In this document: one piece after another, positions 1 through 10,988 of the stretch
Layout: the number at the start of each line of letters is the position of its first letter
How positions within the stretch are numbered: the first letter of the stretch is position 1
Assembly: GCA_012862495.1 (NCBI GenBank)
Contig: BLSG01000237.1
Coordinates: forward strand, 10,762-58,872
Reading direction: 5' to 3'
DNA: 48,111 nt
DNA from: Thraustochytrium aureum
Taxonomy: Eukaryota
Translations under genes and position numbers: made by a program
The notes under the pieces: generated by a model
The model's input: only the letters and a program-made list of their open reading frames with translations
Database searches by the model: none
What the model was told of the DNA's origin: nothing

Positions 1-40
1 AGAGTAGCTTGAGAGAGCTAGCTGCTAGCCGCTGTCGCGA

Positions 41-1468
41 TCAGGACAGCGCGAGGGGGTTGCGGCGCGCGGCCGACGAGCGAGCCCCGCCAACCGCTCG
101 TGGCGGCGCCGGCAGGGGGTCCTCCTCCAGCAGCTTGGTGTACGACTCGGCCAGCGCCTTGTCCAGCATCTCGCTGGCAAAGGTGTCCTCCGGCTTGAGG
201 CCGAGGGCGTTGTGGTAGTTTTGGATGGCCTCCTCGATCCGACCAAGCAGGTGATAGGTGAGGCCCAGGGCCGAATAAGTCGAAGCCTCCTTCGGACTAT
301 AGCTGAGCGCAAGCTCGTAGTACGTGATAGCCTCCTCGTACCGGCCGAGCTTTCGGTTGGCGTGCGCTAGGTTGAACATGGCGGGCTCCCAGGCGTATCG
401 CAGGCGCTCTGGCTGGTGACGGCACAGCTTGAGAGCTTCCTGGAAACAGTCGACCGCGATCTGAAACCGGTGCTGGCGGTAGTGCACCACGCCGAGCTCG
501 TTGAGGACGAGCGGGTCAGTGGTGCACATCGCCTTGGCCTGGCGGCAAAACTGTTCCGCAAGTGTCACGTTGTTCGTGCGGAGGTACTCGATGGCGGTGC
601 ACAAGACCGGTAGGTGTGACCCGATGAAAAGGCGCGAGGCCGTCCGGTAGGCGGCCATGGCCTGGTCCGACTCGTCTTGCGCCGCAAACGAGTGACCAAA
701 GCCGAGCCAAGCAACAGCCATGGAGGGATCCATCGTGGTGGCCTTGTGGAAGAAGCGGCGCGCGGCGTCGAACTTTGAAATGCAGTAGTAGTAGCAGCCG
801 ACAGCAAACCAGGACACGGCGTGCGAGGGGTACGAGTCCACCAGGCTGTGCGCAGTGTGAAAGAGCTCGGACTTGCGCTGGAGCTCGACGAGAGCGGCAA
901 GGTGGACCGTGATGCACCGGAGATGGTATGGGTCTTGCTGGCGAATTGCGCGCGTAACCTGGTATGCGCCTTGGGCATCGTGCTGCTGATACAGGCACTC
1001 GGCCTTGTCAGCGGCGCAGTCGAGGTCGTTGCCCAGGTTGTGGACTGCCGGGTCGATGAAACGATTTTGCGCGCCGCCGACCATTGAGTGGTCGCCGTCC
1101 GCGCCGTCCTGGTCGGCGCTATCTTCGGGCGCCGCGCAAATGTGGTCCAGTGCCTCGAAACGGTCCTCCACGCGCTGGCCGTAGTCGTGCTTGCTGAGGC
1201 GGCTGGAGTAGACTTCGCGGAGCCAGGCCGCGTCCCCCTCGAACGAGCCGAGGCGCTGTAGCTCGGCCATGAGCTGCCGCTCTTCGGAGGGGCGCAGCTG
1301 GTTGTCGATGAGGGCGTCAAAGGCCTCGTAGCAAAAGATGTCGCACACGAGGGCCAACCTGTACCAGGTCGCGGCGCGCGGCCTGTTGTCCAGCGTTTCG
1401 TAGACGCGGCCGCGCAAGAGGCAGAGCGCCGCGATGGGGTTGACGTCGCCATCCGCCGCGCGGCCACC
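41..1468 (-). CDS. APC6: Anaphase-promoting complex subunit 6 (CDC16/APC6), TPR protein; 5' part lost in N-gap 1469-2325
   Basis: Motifs typical of Cdc16: 'RGRVYETLDN..A..WY..AL..D..CYEAF', 'LF..AH.LVD.YP..AVSWFAVGCYY', 'AWLGFGHSFAAQDESDQAMAAYRTASRLF.GSHLP', and C-terminal TPRs 'NLAHA.RKL..YEEAI'. Confidence 0.93.
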   Translation of the reverse strand, partial: GGRAADGDVNPIAALCLLRGRVYETLDNRPRAATWYRLALVCDIFCYEAFDALIDNQLRPSEERQLMAELQRLGSFEGDAAWLREVYSSRLSKHDYGQRVEDRFEALDHICAAPEDSADQDGADGDHSMVGGAQNRFIDPAVHNLGNDLDCAADKAECLYQQHDAQGAYQVTRAIRQQDPYHLRCITVHLAALVELQRKSELFHTAHSLVDSYPSHAVSWFAVGCYYYCISKFDAARRFFHKATTMDPSMAVAWLGFGHSFAAQDESDQAMAAYRTASRLFIGSHLPVLCTAIEYLRTNNVTLAEQFCRQAKAMCTTDPLVLNELGVVHYRQHRFQIAVDCFQEALKLCRHQPERLRYAWEPAMFNLAHANRKLGRYEEAITYYELALSYSPKEASTYSALGLTYHLLGRIEEAIQNYHNALGLKPEDTFASEMLDKALAESYTKLLEEDPLPAPPRAVGGARSSAARRNPLALS

Positions 1469-2803
1469 NNNNNNNNNNNNNNNNNNNNNNNNNNNNNNNN
1501 NNNNNNNNNNNNNNNNNNNNNNNNNNNNNNNNNNNNNNNNNNNNNNNNNNNNNNNNNNNNNNNNNNNNNNNNNNNNNNNNNNNNNNNNNNNNNNNNNNNN
1601 NNNNNNNNNNNNNNNNNNNNNNNNNNNNNNNNNNNNNNNNNNNNNNNNNNNNNNNNNNNNNNNNNNNNNNNNNNNNNNNNNNNNNNNNNNNNNNNNNNNN
1701 NNNNNNNNNNNNNNNNNNNNNNNNNNNNNNNNNNNNNNNNNNNNNNNNNNNNNNNNNNNNNNNNNNNNNNNNNNNNNNNNNNNNNNNNNNNNNNNNNNNN
1801 NNNNNNNNNNNNNNNNNNNNNNNNNNNNNNNNNNNNNNNNNNNNNNNNNNNNNNNNNNNNNNNNNNNNNNNNNNNNNNNNNNNNNNNNNNNNNNNNNNNN
1901 NNNNNNNNNNNNNNNNNNNNNNNNNNNNNNNNNNNNNNNNNNNNNNNNNNNNNNNNNNNNNNNNNNNNNNNNNNNNNNNNNNNNNNNNNNNNNNNNNNNN
2001 NNNNNNNNNNNNNNNNNNNNNNNNNNNNNNNNNNNNNNNNNNNNNNNNNNNNNNNNNNNNNNNNNNNNNNNNNNNNNNNNNNNNNNNNNNNNNNNNNNNN
2101 NNNNNNNNNNNNNNNNNNNNNNNNNNNNNNNNNNNNNNNNNNNNNNNNNNNNNNNNNNNNNNNNNNNNNNNNNNNNNNNNNNNNNNNNNNNNNNNNNNNN
2201 NNNNNNNNNNNNNNNNNNNNNNNNNNNNNNNNNNNNNNNNNNNNNNNNNNNNNNNNNNNNNNNNNNNNNNNNNNNNNNNNNNNNNNNNNNNNNNNNNNNN
2301 NNNNNNNNNNNNNNNNNNNNNNNNNNTCGAATCGCAAGAGCAAGAGCAACACGTTGAACCGTTCAACTCGAACGCCGCAACAACGAACACGCCTTCGCGA
2401 GCACAACATCGATGAGCGCGACCAAAGCGCGACCACGAACAACTTGCGACGAACAACTCGCGAGCGTGCACAACGAGCAACGCATTGTACTCTGGCACCT
2501 CCTCAATGATGTCAGTCGGAAGGAAGGAAGGAAGGAGTGCGCCCTTCGCACACCTGCGGCTCGCGCATTGAGCGCAACCCGCTTCGCGTGCTGTGGTTAG
2601 GGTACTCGAGCAGTGGTTGGGTGGTCTTGCGTCCTCTCCTCGATGTATCCTCTGAGGACTCTGTGGCGTGGTCGCGACTGGGGCGGGCTGCTGCGAAACA
2701 GTGGCGGGCAGAGGCAGGCAGACACAGTGGCGGAGTTGGGCAGGCAGCGCGGGAGAGCGTTCGAGTGAGCAGCGAGCCAGAGCAACGCGAGGAGGTAGGC
2801 AAG

Positions 2804-3406
2804 ATGGTGTTTGAGCGCCTCGTGGTGATTGACTGCCGCGCCCATCTGATGGGCCGGCTGGCGAGCATTATCGCCAAGGAGCTTCTGCTCGGCCAGCGCG
2901 TCGTCGCGGTGCGCTGCGAGGAGCTCGAGATCTCCGGGCCTATCTGGCGCAACCAGATCAAGTTGGCGCAGGGCCGCAACAAGAAGATGAACTCCAACCC
3001 GGAGCGCGGCCCGTTTTCCATCCGTGCCCCGGCGGCCCTCCTCATCCGCATGGTGCGTGGAATGCTCCCGCACAAGACCCTCCGCGGCCAGGCGGCGCTC
3101 AACCGCTTCCGCGCCTTCGAGGGCGTGCCGCACCCGTACGACAGCATGAAGCGCCAAGTCGTTCCCGACGCCCTGCGCGTCCTGCGCCTGCGCCCTGGCC
3201 GCAAGTTCACCAACCTTGGCTTGCTCGCCAGCCGCAACGGGTGGAAGCACCGCGAGCTGCTCCAGACGCTCGAGGAGCGCCGCAAGGCGCGCGGGGCTGC
3301 GAGGTTTGAACGTGTCAAGGCCGAGCGCGCGCTCCGCTTCAAGGCCGTCGAGGAGGCCGACATTCCGGCCGACGCCAAGGCCACGCTCGCTGAGTTCGGC
3401 TATTAA
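2804..3406 (+). CDS. RPL13A: 60S ribosomal protein L13a (uL13)
   Basis: ATG at 2804 gives 'MVFERLVVIDCRAHLMGRLASIIAKELLLGQRVVAVRCEEL', 'NSNPERGPF..RAP', 'RGMLPHKT.RG.AAL.R...FEG.P.PYD', ending 'LAEFGY'. Intronless. Confidence 0.97.
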   Translation: MVFERLVVIDCRAHLMGRLASIIAKELLLGQRVVAVRCEELEISGPIWRNQIKLAQGRNKKMNSNPERGPFSIRAPAALLIRMVRGMLPHKTLRGQAALNRFRAFEGVPHPYDSMKRQVVPDALRVLRLRPGRKFTNLGLLASRNGWKHRELLQTLEERRKARGAARFERVKAERALRFKAVEEADIPADAKATLAEFGY

Positions 3407-4068
3407 CTACACAGCTTGCTTCTCTTTTCTTTCTCCCCTTGTATTCCGTTGCACTAGAGGCGCTCTGGCCCTTGGCGGGGCCGCCGACCATGGCTCACAA
3501 GTTACAACAAACGCCTGCTGCAGCCCTGCAGAACTCGGCTCCAGGCCAACTACATACACAACCACGCATGCCTCGCCGAGGCTCCGGCAGGACCGCCGCG
3601 CGGCCAGCAGGCCCGCCGCCTGGGCGCATCGAGCTCGGATTGGCCTGATCGAATGACCGCAGGGCGCATGGACACCAGAACTCCACGAGGTGGTCCATGT
3701 TGTTTCACCTGTAGCGGCTAGCGAATGATCCTTTTGCTCGGTGGCAATGGGAAATCCCAAAGCGCCGTTCGTTCGCGCCCAGGACTACCAACCTACTCAG
3801 TCGAGCTCACAGACCTCGAACGGTCCACGCAGCACTGCCGCGACGCACCGCAGGCATCCGTGAAACGCCCCAGGAGCGCAAGCGTGCGTGGCAGCTGACC
3901 TGCGGCAACAGCAGCTACAGTCGCAGAGGCTGCCGCCAAAAGTCAGCCGAGCAGCACCTCAGCGTTTGATTCTGTGTCGGGCTGTCGCGCCGGCAAGGCA
4001 GCTCCTCACCCGCGGCCGCTCGGAGCTTGACCGGCACCCCGCGCGTGGGACCGCGAAGGGCTGGCGCC

Positions 4069-7000
4069 ATGTCGCATCGCGCGCTCCACACGCAGCTCCC
4101 CGTTGTGCTGGCAAACACGGCGGACAACTTCGTGCGGCTCCCAAAGTCGTTCACGCAGTCGGTGCGCACGGCTTTCCCGGCAAAGTCGCACGGGGTCGTT
4201 GCCTTTCGAGTGGGATGGCTCGGGCCGCCGTCCAGGGAATCGGGAGGCCTCGCGAGGCCCTGCCAAGCCTTTGTTGGCTGGGCCGACGGCGTCGCTGACG
4301 GACACTTTATTCAGATTCCCCGTGGGCTTGCAGATGCGCTCGGGATCAGCGAGGCGGTCCAGGCAGCGCAGGCATCGCGCCAGAGTCGCCGCTCATCGTT
4401 TCGGTCGCCGTAGTACCCTATGCCCCCGTGGCCGCGCGCGTCGACGTAGACCCTGTCACCGCAGACGACTGGGAGATCCTGCAGCTGCACGCCCACTTTG
4501 TTGAAGAAGAGTTGCTCGGCCAGATCTGCGTCCTGGGCCAGGGCCAGCGATTCCCCATGTGGGTCCACGGCCACACGCAGATCAACTTGCAGGTCAGCTC
4601 AATCGGCCTCGTGGAAAAAGGCCAAGCCATTTGCGTCAGGCTCGCGCGCAACACGGAGGTCGTGGTGGCCCCAAAGCTCCGAGCCAAGGAGGACCGGTAC
4701 AAGGCGCAATCGCTGCGCCAGCGCGAGCAAGACGGGAGCCGGGCCGCTCTCCCGTACGAACTACGCGTGCAAGACCTTGGAACAATCCTCACCGGCTCGG
4801 CAGCGGAGGCGGCTAATCCTGCTGCTCGGGCTGACCGCGCCGCTCGCGCGCCACCAGAGGCCGAGCAAGGCTGGAACTTGAGCGTGGCCGTCCACCCGTC
4901 CACCCTGCAGCGACTCGTGCGCGCCGGCCATTGGCCGAGTCTCCAGGTTGGCAGCGAAGGGGTCGTCGTGCGCGAAGACGAACCGCAACGGCCGCTCGTG
5001 GCGATCCTCAGCAGCCGGAAGCGCGCCAAGATTTTGCAGCGCGTGCGCGCGGCGGCAAAGGCTCTGCACGGAGCTGCTGGAACCAGCGCAAGCGCCGGGG
5101 CCGCGCCCGGGCCCTCGGACGCGGCTTCTGGCCCAACACAGCAGCCCAGGGCGCTGCTTTCGTCCCTAAACCAGGTGTTCGTCAAGCTCCGGGTTGATGC
5201 AAGGGCCGCGCCTGGTCACATTGTGATCCCCACGGCGGTACAAGCGCGGTGCAGGCTCCGCGCGCTTGAGTGGGCCGTGTTGAGCATGCCGCGGTTTGAG
5301 CCCATCGCATGCCCGGACGAGTTCCCAGCCCTGTGCGTTCACCTCACGCCAGTGATGGGCGCCGAAGAGGCGGCGCGGCGCGGCGCGGTGCCAGGGCACC
5401 AGTTTAGCAGCGACGCCGTGCTCAGCGCCCAGCAGTGGCAGCGCAAGATGGCAGCTGGCGAGTGCGGTGGAGCCCCGCTTTCCGATCGGTCCATCATTGC
5501 TCTTGCTGTGCGTGGCGTCAACGGCGCCACGAACGACTTGCCGTCGGGAGCCACGGAAGCCGTCTACTTTGTTGCCCGCGTCGCTGATGCGAGTGCTGCA
5601 GGGCGGGCCGCGCAGCGGGACGGCGGGGCCGCGGGTGGGGCTGGCGTGCCGACGGTCGAGCCGCTTCACTGGCTCGTCCGCGGCAATTCAAAGGTTGAGT
5701 GGCGGGTCGACGAGTGCATCGTGGACACCAACCTGCAGCGGCTTGTCGGCCCACCGTCCTTGGCAGCCGCTTCGCATCGCGCTGGCCGTGCGCCTTCGGC
5801 GTCGCCAGCGGCTGAGGCAGTCAGCGGTGCAGCCAAGGGCGAGGAAGCATCGAGCGTGCTTGCTGGACACGCCGCGAGCGGCACGAGGCGCTTCAAGGGC
5901 CTCGCCGCGCGTGGCCTCGCCGAGTACAATTGCGAGTACTTTGCGCACGAGCCGCTGCATCGCCTCGGGGCGGTGCAGGTGTACGCGGACGAGATGTTGG
6001 ACAGGCTCGGTCCCGTACTTGTGCATGGGATGGCCGCGGACCGCCTCGCGGTCGGCGCGCCGCACCCGGGGGGCGTCTATCCTGTGCGGAGGTCGCGGCG
6101 CGGGCAAGACAACGCTCGCGCAAGCGGTGGCGCGCCACCTGCGGTGCTCTGCCGACAGCTTGGCCCACACTGTGTGGGTGAGCTGTGCGTCCCTCCGCGG
6201 CGGCAAGCGCAGCGAGGTGGAGGCGACCGTGACCAAGGCGTTCAAGGAGGCGCTGGCCCGCGCACCGTCGCTCATAGTGCTAGACGACCTCGACCTGCTC
6301 CTCCCGGCGCCAGCAGGCGGAGGCGGAGAGGGCGGAGGTGGGGAGGACGGTCAGCTCGTGTGGCTCGCAGAGTGGCTCGAGGACCTGCTTCACGAATACC
6401 AGAGCAAGCTTGAAGTGTTCGAGCAGTGCGAGAGGCTTGAGGGCGGTGGCCCCGACGAGCCGCGGATGCTTACGCACCGGTCTGTTTCGTGGCTCGCCAC
6501 CGGACGCGAAAAGGGGTCGTTGAGGAGCTCGCTCATCCGCCCTGGGCTATTTGACCGCGTCGTGCAGATCCAGCCGCTCACTGCCCATGATAGGACTGCC
6601 GTCCTGGAGGCTGTGTTGAGGGATCGCAGGCTCGAGGCCGGAGTCGACCTCGATGAAATTGCGGCCGGCGCGGAGGGCTATGCACCAGCCGACCTCGAGG
6701 TCTTGGCCGAGAGGGCCGTTCACTGTGCGCTATCACGAGTGGTCCGCACGGAGCTTGCCGGCAAGGCGGAGCAGGACGCGAAGGCCCTGCTCGACGGCCT
6801 TGTGGGGCCGCCCAGCGACCCGGACGTTCTCGAAGAGTTTTCGTACGAGGAGGCCGAGTCTGACGAGGCCCAGCCCCAAGCTGGCGGGACGGCGTCTGGC
6901 GCTGTGGCTACCGGCGGCCCGCCCTTGCGGCACTCGGACTTTGTCGAGGCGCTGGAAGGGTTCACGCCTGCCGCTCTGCGCGGCGTCTCGCTTGCGAAGA

Positions 7001-8078
7001 GCGACGTGCAGTGGTCGGACGTGGGGGGCCTCCACGTCGTGCGAAGGGTCCTGAAGGAGACGCTCGAGCTTCCCATTCAGTTTGCGCCGCTCTACGAGCG
7101 GTCTCCGCAGCGCCTCGCCTCGGGCATCCTGCTGTATGGACCGCCCGGCTGCGGCAAGACGCTGCTTGCTGGCGCGGTCGCCAAGGAGTGCGGACTAAAC
7201 TTTATCAGCGTCAAGGGCCCAGAGGTGCTCAANNNNNNNNNNNNNNNNNNNNNNNNNNNNNNNNNNNNNNNNNNNNNNNNNNNNNNNNNNNNNNNNNNNN
7301 NNNNNNNNNNNNNNNNNNNNNNNNNNNNNNNNNTCAACAAGTACATCGGGGCGGAGCGGCGCGTCCGCGACTTTTTGCGCGCGGCGCCGCTGCTGCCCCG
7401 TGCGTCGTCTTCTTCGACGAGTTTGACGCGGTGGCCCCGCGACGCGGCAACGACTCGTCAGGTGTCACGGACCGCGTCGTCAACCAGCTCTTGACCTTCC
7501 TGGACGGTGTGGAGGCCCGCTCGGGCGTGTACGTCATGGCGGCCACGTCGCGGCCAGATCTGGTAGACCCTGCCTTGCTCCGCCCTGGGCGCCTGGACAA
7601 ACAGCTGCTTTGCGGGTTTCCCGACGCTGACGAGCGCGCCGACATTCTGCGCACAATCGCCGCCAAGATGGACTTTTCACCAGAGGCCGTGGCCGAGTTG
7701 GACTCCATGGCCCGCCTCCCTGAGGCGGAGCTCTTTACGGGGGCCGACTTGCAGGCCATCCTCTACTCGGCGCAGCTCGCGACTGTGCACGAGGGCCTTC
7801 CGCCGCACGCCAATGGCCGTGAGGACGAGGAGCCGTCGCCGGAGACGGCTGTCAGCGCAAGTGGGCCCGCATCCGACCCTGTGCCAGCGACGATGGCCTC
7901 GCCCAAAGTCGGCCCGCAGCACTTGCAAAAGGCGCTGACAGATGCGCGCCCGTCGGTTTCGCTTGAGGAGCGCGAAAGATACAACCGCATTTATGACGCG
8001 TTCAAGGGCGACCGTGGCGCCGACTTTAACGCTGTGAGTGGGTACCCCGATGGCAAGCAGCGTACAGCGCTAAAGTAG
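4069..8078 (+). CDS. PEX1: Peroxisomal AAA ATPase PEX1, split over four ORFs by apparent frameshifts (~4410, ~6075, ~7360-7390) and a spurious N-gap
   Basis: PEX1-N signature '[29 protein letters not shown]'. Degenerate D1 Walker A 'GGRGAGKT' with Walker B 'IVLDDLD'. D2 'WSDVGGL...[16 protein letters not shown]...[16 protein letters not shown]', '[30 protein letters not shown]', '[20 protein letters not shown]'. Confidence 0.92.
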
Positions 8079-8177
8079 GCGTTGGGGCGCGCGCTGGTGA
8101 CATTCTGCAAACGCGAAATCTTTTTTGTTTGTTTGATCTTGAAAGAAAAAATGCGTCTGCTACAGATAGACTGACGC

Positions 8178-9500
8178 CTATGCCGTTTCCATTTCGATTT
8201 GCATTGCCCCCGATTTCGGGTCGCGGGTGCGCAGCTGCGCGTTGAACTGGTCCCCAGCCAGAATCTTGTCCACGGCTTCAGCGACGTCGAGTACGACCCG
8301 CCACTCGTGCTGGGCCTCACGACGGAGCTCGACAATTATGTCAAAGGTGGGCGACCCGGCCCGCAACGCCTTGACCTTCGACACGCTCCCGCCGTCCACC
8401 TCCGACGTGCGGCTCCCCGCGCTTCTCTGCTTTTGCTCTAGCTTGGCCTGCTGGTCGCCGATCGTGACCCGCTCGACGCCGCCAACAAGTCCGCGGAGCT
8501 TGGGGTTCTTGACAAGCTTTCGGAGGTCGCCGTGCGCAGATGCGATGAGTCGGACGCCGCGCTGTTTGCAGGTTTGCGCCGCCTCGACTTCGGTGCTCCG
8601 CCCAATCTCATCGATGACAATGGTATTGGGTGTGTGGTTCTGGACGCACTCGATCATAACCTCAGCTTGCTGATTCAGGCAGGGCACCATGAGGCGGCGG
8701 GCGTGGCCGACGCAAGGGTGCGGCACGTCTCCGTCGCCTGCAATCTCGTTGCTGGTGTCGACAATGCAGACGTTTGCCTTTTCCGCCAGCAGCCGCGTCA
8801 CCTCGCGCACAACAGTGGTCTTGCCACTTCCGGGCTCGCCAAGAAACAGGATGGAGCGCGAGGGGTCAGCGAAGAGCAGGTCGGAGATCATGTCAGCGTT
8901 GCCGGTGACGTGGCGCCCGACGCGCATCGTCAGCCCGATGATGGCCCCGCTCCGGTTTCGCATTGCAGAAATGCGGTGGAGCTGGCGCTCGATTCCGGCC
9001 CGATTGTCGGCGCCAAAGCCTCCGACACGGCCGACGACCACATCAATGTCGTCCTCATTGATCAGTCTGTCGCATTGGTCTGCGAGGAACACGCGGACCC
9101 CGTCGATCCAGGCGTGCGGCCTACGTCCCTTGTCCATAACGATGTCAGACAGTCGGTCGGTGCGAGTGGCAAGCGCTTGAGCTATGTCCCCGGGGAGCAT
9201 GTCCAGCAACACTTGCGTGTCGTCCGAGACCTTTAGTGGGGACGGCAAGAGCAAGTCAAAAGGCACTACTCCGTTGTGCTGCTTGAGGTTGAGGAGCAGC
9301 TCGAACGAGGTCATCGCGAAACCCTCGGTTTCGTCAAACCAGACGTGCCGCGCGCCGCCAGTCTTCTGCGCAATGCTGGCCCGATCGTCTGACGCGCTCT
9401 GCACGGTTAGCCATTGAACGGGGTCGAGGGCCTCGGCCAGCTTCTCCTTGGCGCGAATAAGCATCGCGGCCTCATGACTAGGCTCCTGGAGATGACCGCA
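8178..9500 (-). CDS. Ycf45/SpoIIIAA-like P-loop AAA ATPase domain, probably the C-terminal part of the gene starting at 10842
   Basis: 'DIVMDKGRRP', 'FGADNRAGIERQLHRISAMRNR.G.IIGLTMRVGR', Walker A 'LGEPGSGKTT', 'IVDTSNEIAGDGDVPH', 'VMIECVQNHTP..IVIDEIG', 'RGV.LIASAHG', 'L.GLVGG...VT.GD' are characteristic of the Ycf45 family. Confidence 0.85.
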   Translation of the reverse strand, partial: CGHLQEPSHEAAMLIRAKEKLAEALDPVQWLTVQSASDDRASIAQKTGGARHVWFDETEGFAMTSFELLLNLKQHNGVVPFDLLLPSPLKVSDDTQVLLDMLPGDIAQALATRTDRLSDIVMDKGRRPHAWIDGVRVFLADQCDRLINEDDIDVVVGRVGGFGADNRAGIERQLHRISAMRNRSGAIIGLTMRVGRHVTGNADMISDLLFADPSRSILFLGEPGSGKTTVVREVTRLLAEKANVCIVDTSNEIAGDGDVPHPCVGHARRLMVPCLNQQAEVMIECVQNHTPNTIVIDEIGRSTEVEAAQTCKQRGVRLIASAHGDLRKLVKNPKLRGLVGGVERVTIGDQQAKLEQKQRSAGSRTSEVDGGSVSKVKALRAGSPTFDIIVELRREAQHEWRVVLDVAEAVDKILAGDQFNAQLRTRDPKSGAMQIEMETA

Positions 9501-9540
9501 ACACGCACCTGGTCGGGGGAAGCGGTCCTCTGACCGGCCC

Positions 9541-10842
9541 CTAGCGGTTTGCCCGGCTTGGCGGTTTTGCGCCGAGGCCCAGACGCGCGAGCGTTTCCTG
9601 GAACCCCATGCGAAGCTCCCCAGACAGGACCTCCATGGCAAGCTGCGTGTCGAAAGTGCCATGAAGCCGCACTGGTCCACCGATGGATCCCAATGCGAAG
9701 GCGTCCTTGCAAAGGTCGTGGAAGAGCTTGACTCTCCTCGGGTCCTCCAGAAGAGGTTGCAGGGCTTGACAAACAGTTGCTGGGCCAAGCTTGGAACAGT
9801 CAAACACCCACGTCGTGTCCAGCGTTGCAACCTCAAGATGGGCGATGGAGTCCGCTGCAGCGATGATGCACCTGATTGCCACAGGCTCGAGCTCTGGCGA
9901 GGCGGTGGTTGACTCGCTGAAAGTCGCTCCTTCGAACGGCGCGCTGCTGGTGACCCAGGCGAGTATCTCGGCCGACTCTACATGAACAACCCGAGAATCA
10001 TGGGCACAGCCGGCCGTGCTGAACTGCGCGCTGCCGGGGAAGAGTGGCTCAGCAGGAGTCTCCACCTCTGGTTCCCGAATCATGCCCGGGATTTGCAAAG
10101 GTGGCTCCGCGTACTCGTGGGGCTCCGAGGCCAGGCAAATAGAGTTTTGAATTGGATGCCAGCGAAAGATGCTTTCCCACGATTCGGCCAGTGCTTTGAG
10201 CTCGCAGCGGCCTTCGTGCTGGGGATAGAGAGCAATGAATCTGGGGAGCTCGCTGCCGAGTAGTGACTTTGTTGGCTGGTTTTGCAAGAAGGCCACCATG
10301 TCCCTCATGAGGGTCAATGGCAGGTCGCCTTGTGCTGAACGTTCGAGGTCCTGGGCCCAGGGCTGGCTGGAGCGGCGCTGTGAGGCTGCCAACACGATAA
10401 AGTTTTCGCCTGGCGCTTGTCCTTGCACCCAGCAGAAGCAATCGTGTTGCTGCGCCAGCTTCTTTACCTTGAAGGTGCCTTTATGTTGAGGGTATAGCTC
10501 GTAAAAACTTTTGAGCTGCACGCAGGACAGCAGACCGTTTGGCTGCGTTCGCAAGAAGGCCACCATGTCCTTGACCAGCGCAGACGACTTGTCAGCCATG
10601 ACACGGGCGGGAGCTTTCGCGCCGCCTCTTGCCAAGGCGATCCCATGGGTAGATGCAGAGCTCCCCACCCATCGGAAGCAGCTGTGCTGCAAGGCCAGTT
10701 TCTTGAGCTTGAAAGTGCCCCTGTGCTCGGGGTGCTTGTTGGTGAATGCCGTGAGCTGTATTCCGAGGAGCGTGTTATTGGGCAAGCGGCGCAAAAAGGC
10801 GGTCATGTCGTTCACCAGCGTGGCCGACCCAGAGCCCTTCAT
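9541..10842 (-). CDS. Three ~50-aa helical repeats followed by a DnaQ-like (EXD1/Egalitarian-type) 3'-5' exonuclease-fold domain; likely joined by frameshift to the AAA domain
   Basis: Repeats 'L(V/M).DM.AFL...P...L....L..F....P.H.G....K.LA.....F.W' x3. Exonuclease-fold motifs 'LEVAT...WVFD', 'LQPLLEDP...KLFHD...DA.AL', 'TFDTQLA'. Confidence 0.7.
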   Translation of the reverse strand: MKGSGSATLVNDMTAFLRRLPNNTLLGIQLTAFTNKHPEHRGTFKLKKLALQHSCFRWVGSSASTHGIALARGGAKAPARVMADKSSALVKDMVAFLRTQPNGLLSCVQLKSFYELYPQHKGTFKVKKLAQQHDCFCWVQGQAPGENFIVLAASQRRSSQPWAQDLERSAQGDLPLTLMRDMVAFLQNQPTKSLLGSELPRFIALYPQHEGRCELKALAESWESIFRWHPIQNSICLASEPHEYAEPPLQIPGMIREPEVETPAEPLFPGSAQFSTAGCAHDSRVVHVESAEILAWVTSSAPFEGATFSESTTASPELEPVAIRCIIAAADSIAHLEVATLDTTWVFDCSKLGPATVCQALQPLLEDPRRVKLFHDLCKDAFALGSIGGPVRLHGTFDTQLAMEVLSGELRMGFQETLARLGLGAKPPSRANR

Positions 10843-10941
10843 TGCGACTTGACGCCGGACGCACTCGCGCGCCGCCCGGTTGCTTGACCCGTGCTGCCTG
10901 CGTCGCCGCCTGCTTGACTGTTGCTCGTTCGGACGCAAACG

Positions 10942-10988
10942 GGGACTGCTTCGGGCTTTGCTTCGGGCACTGCTTCGGGCACTGCTTC
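10942..10988. repeat. 12-bp tandem repeat (ACTGCTTCGGGC-like), ~4 copies
   Basis: actgcttcgggc tttgcttcgggc actgcttcgggc actgcttc is visible directly. Confidence 0.8.

Noticed and set aside
1434..2498. ORFs running through N-gaps (also 19806-20856 and 42436-43622)
   Set aside because: Their length is an artefact of Ns lacking stop codons.
4400..7400. PEX1 as a pseudogene or a programmed-frameshift gene
   Set aside because: Motifs are intact, no canonical slippery site is shared among the breaks, and indels occur throughout the scaffold. Assembly error is the simplest explanation.
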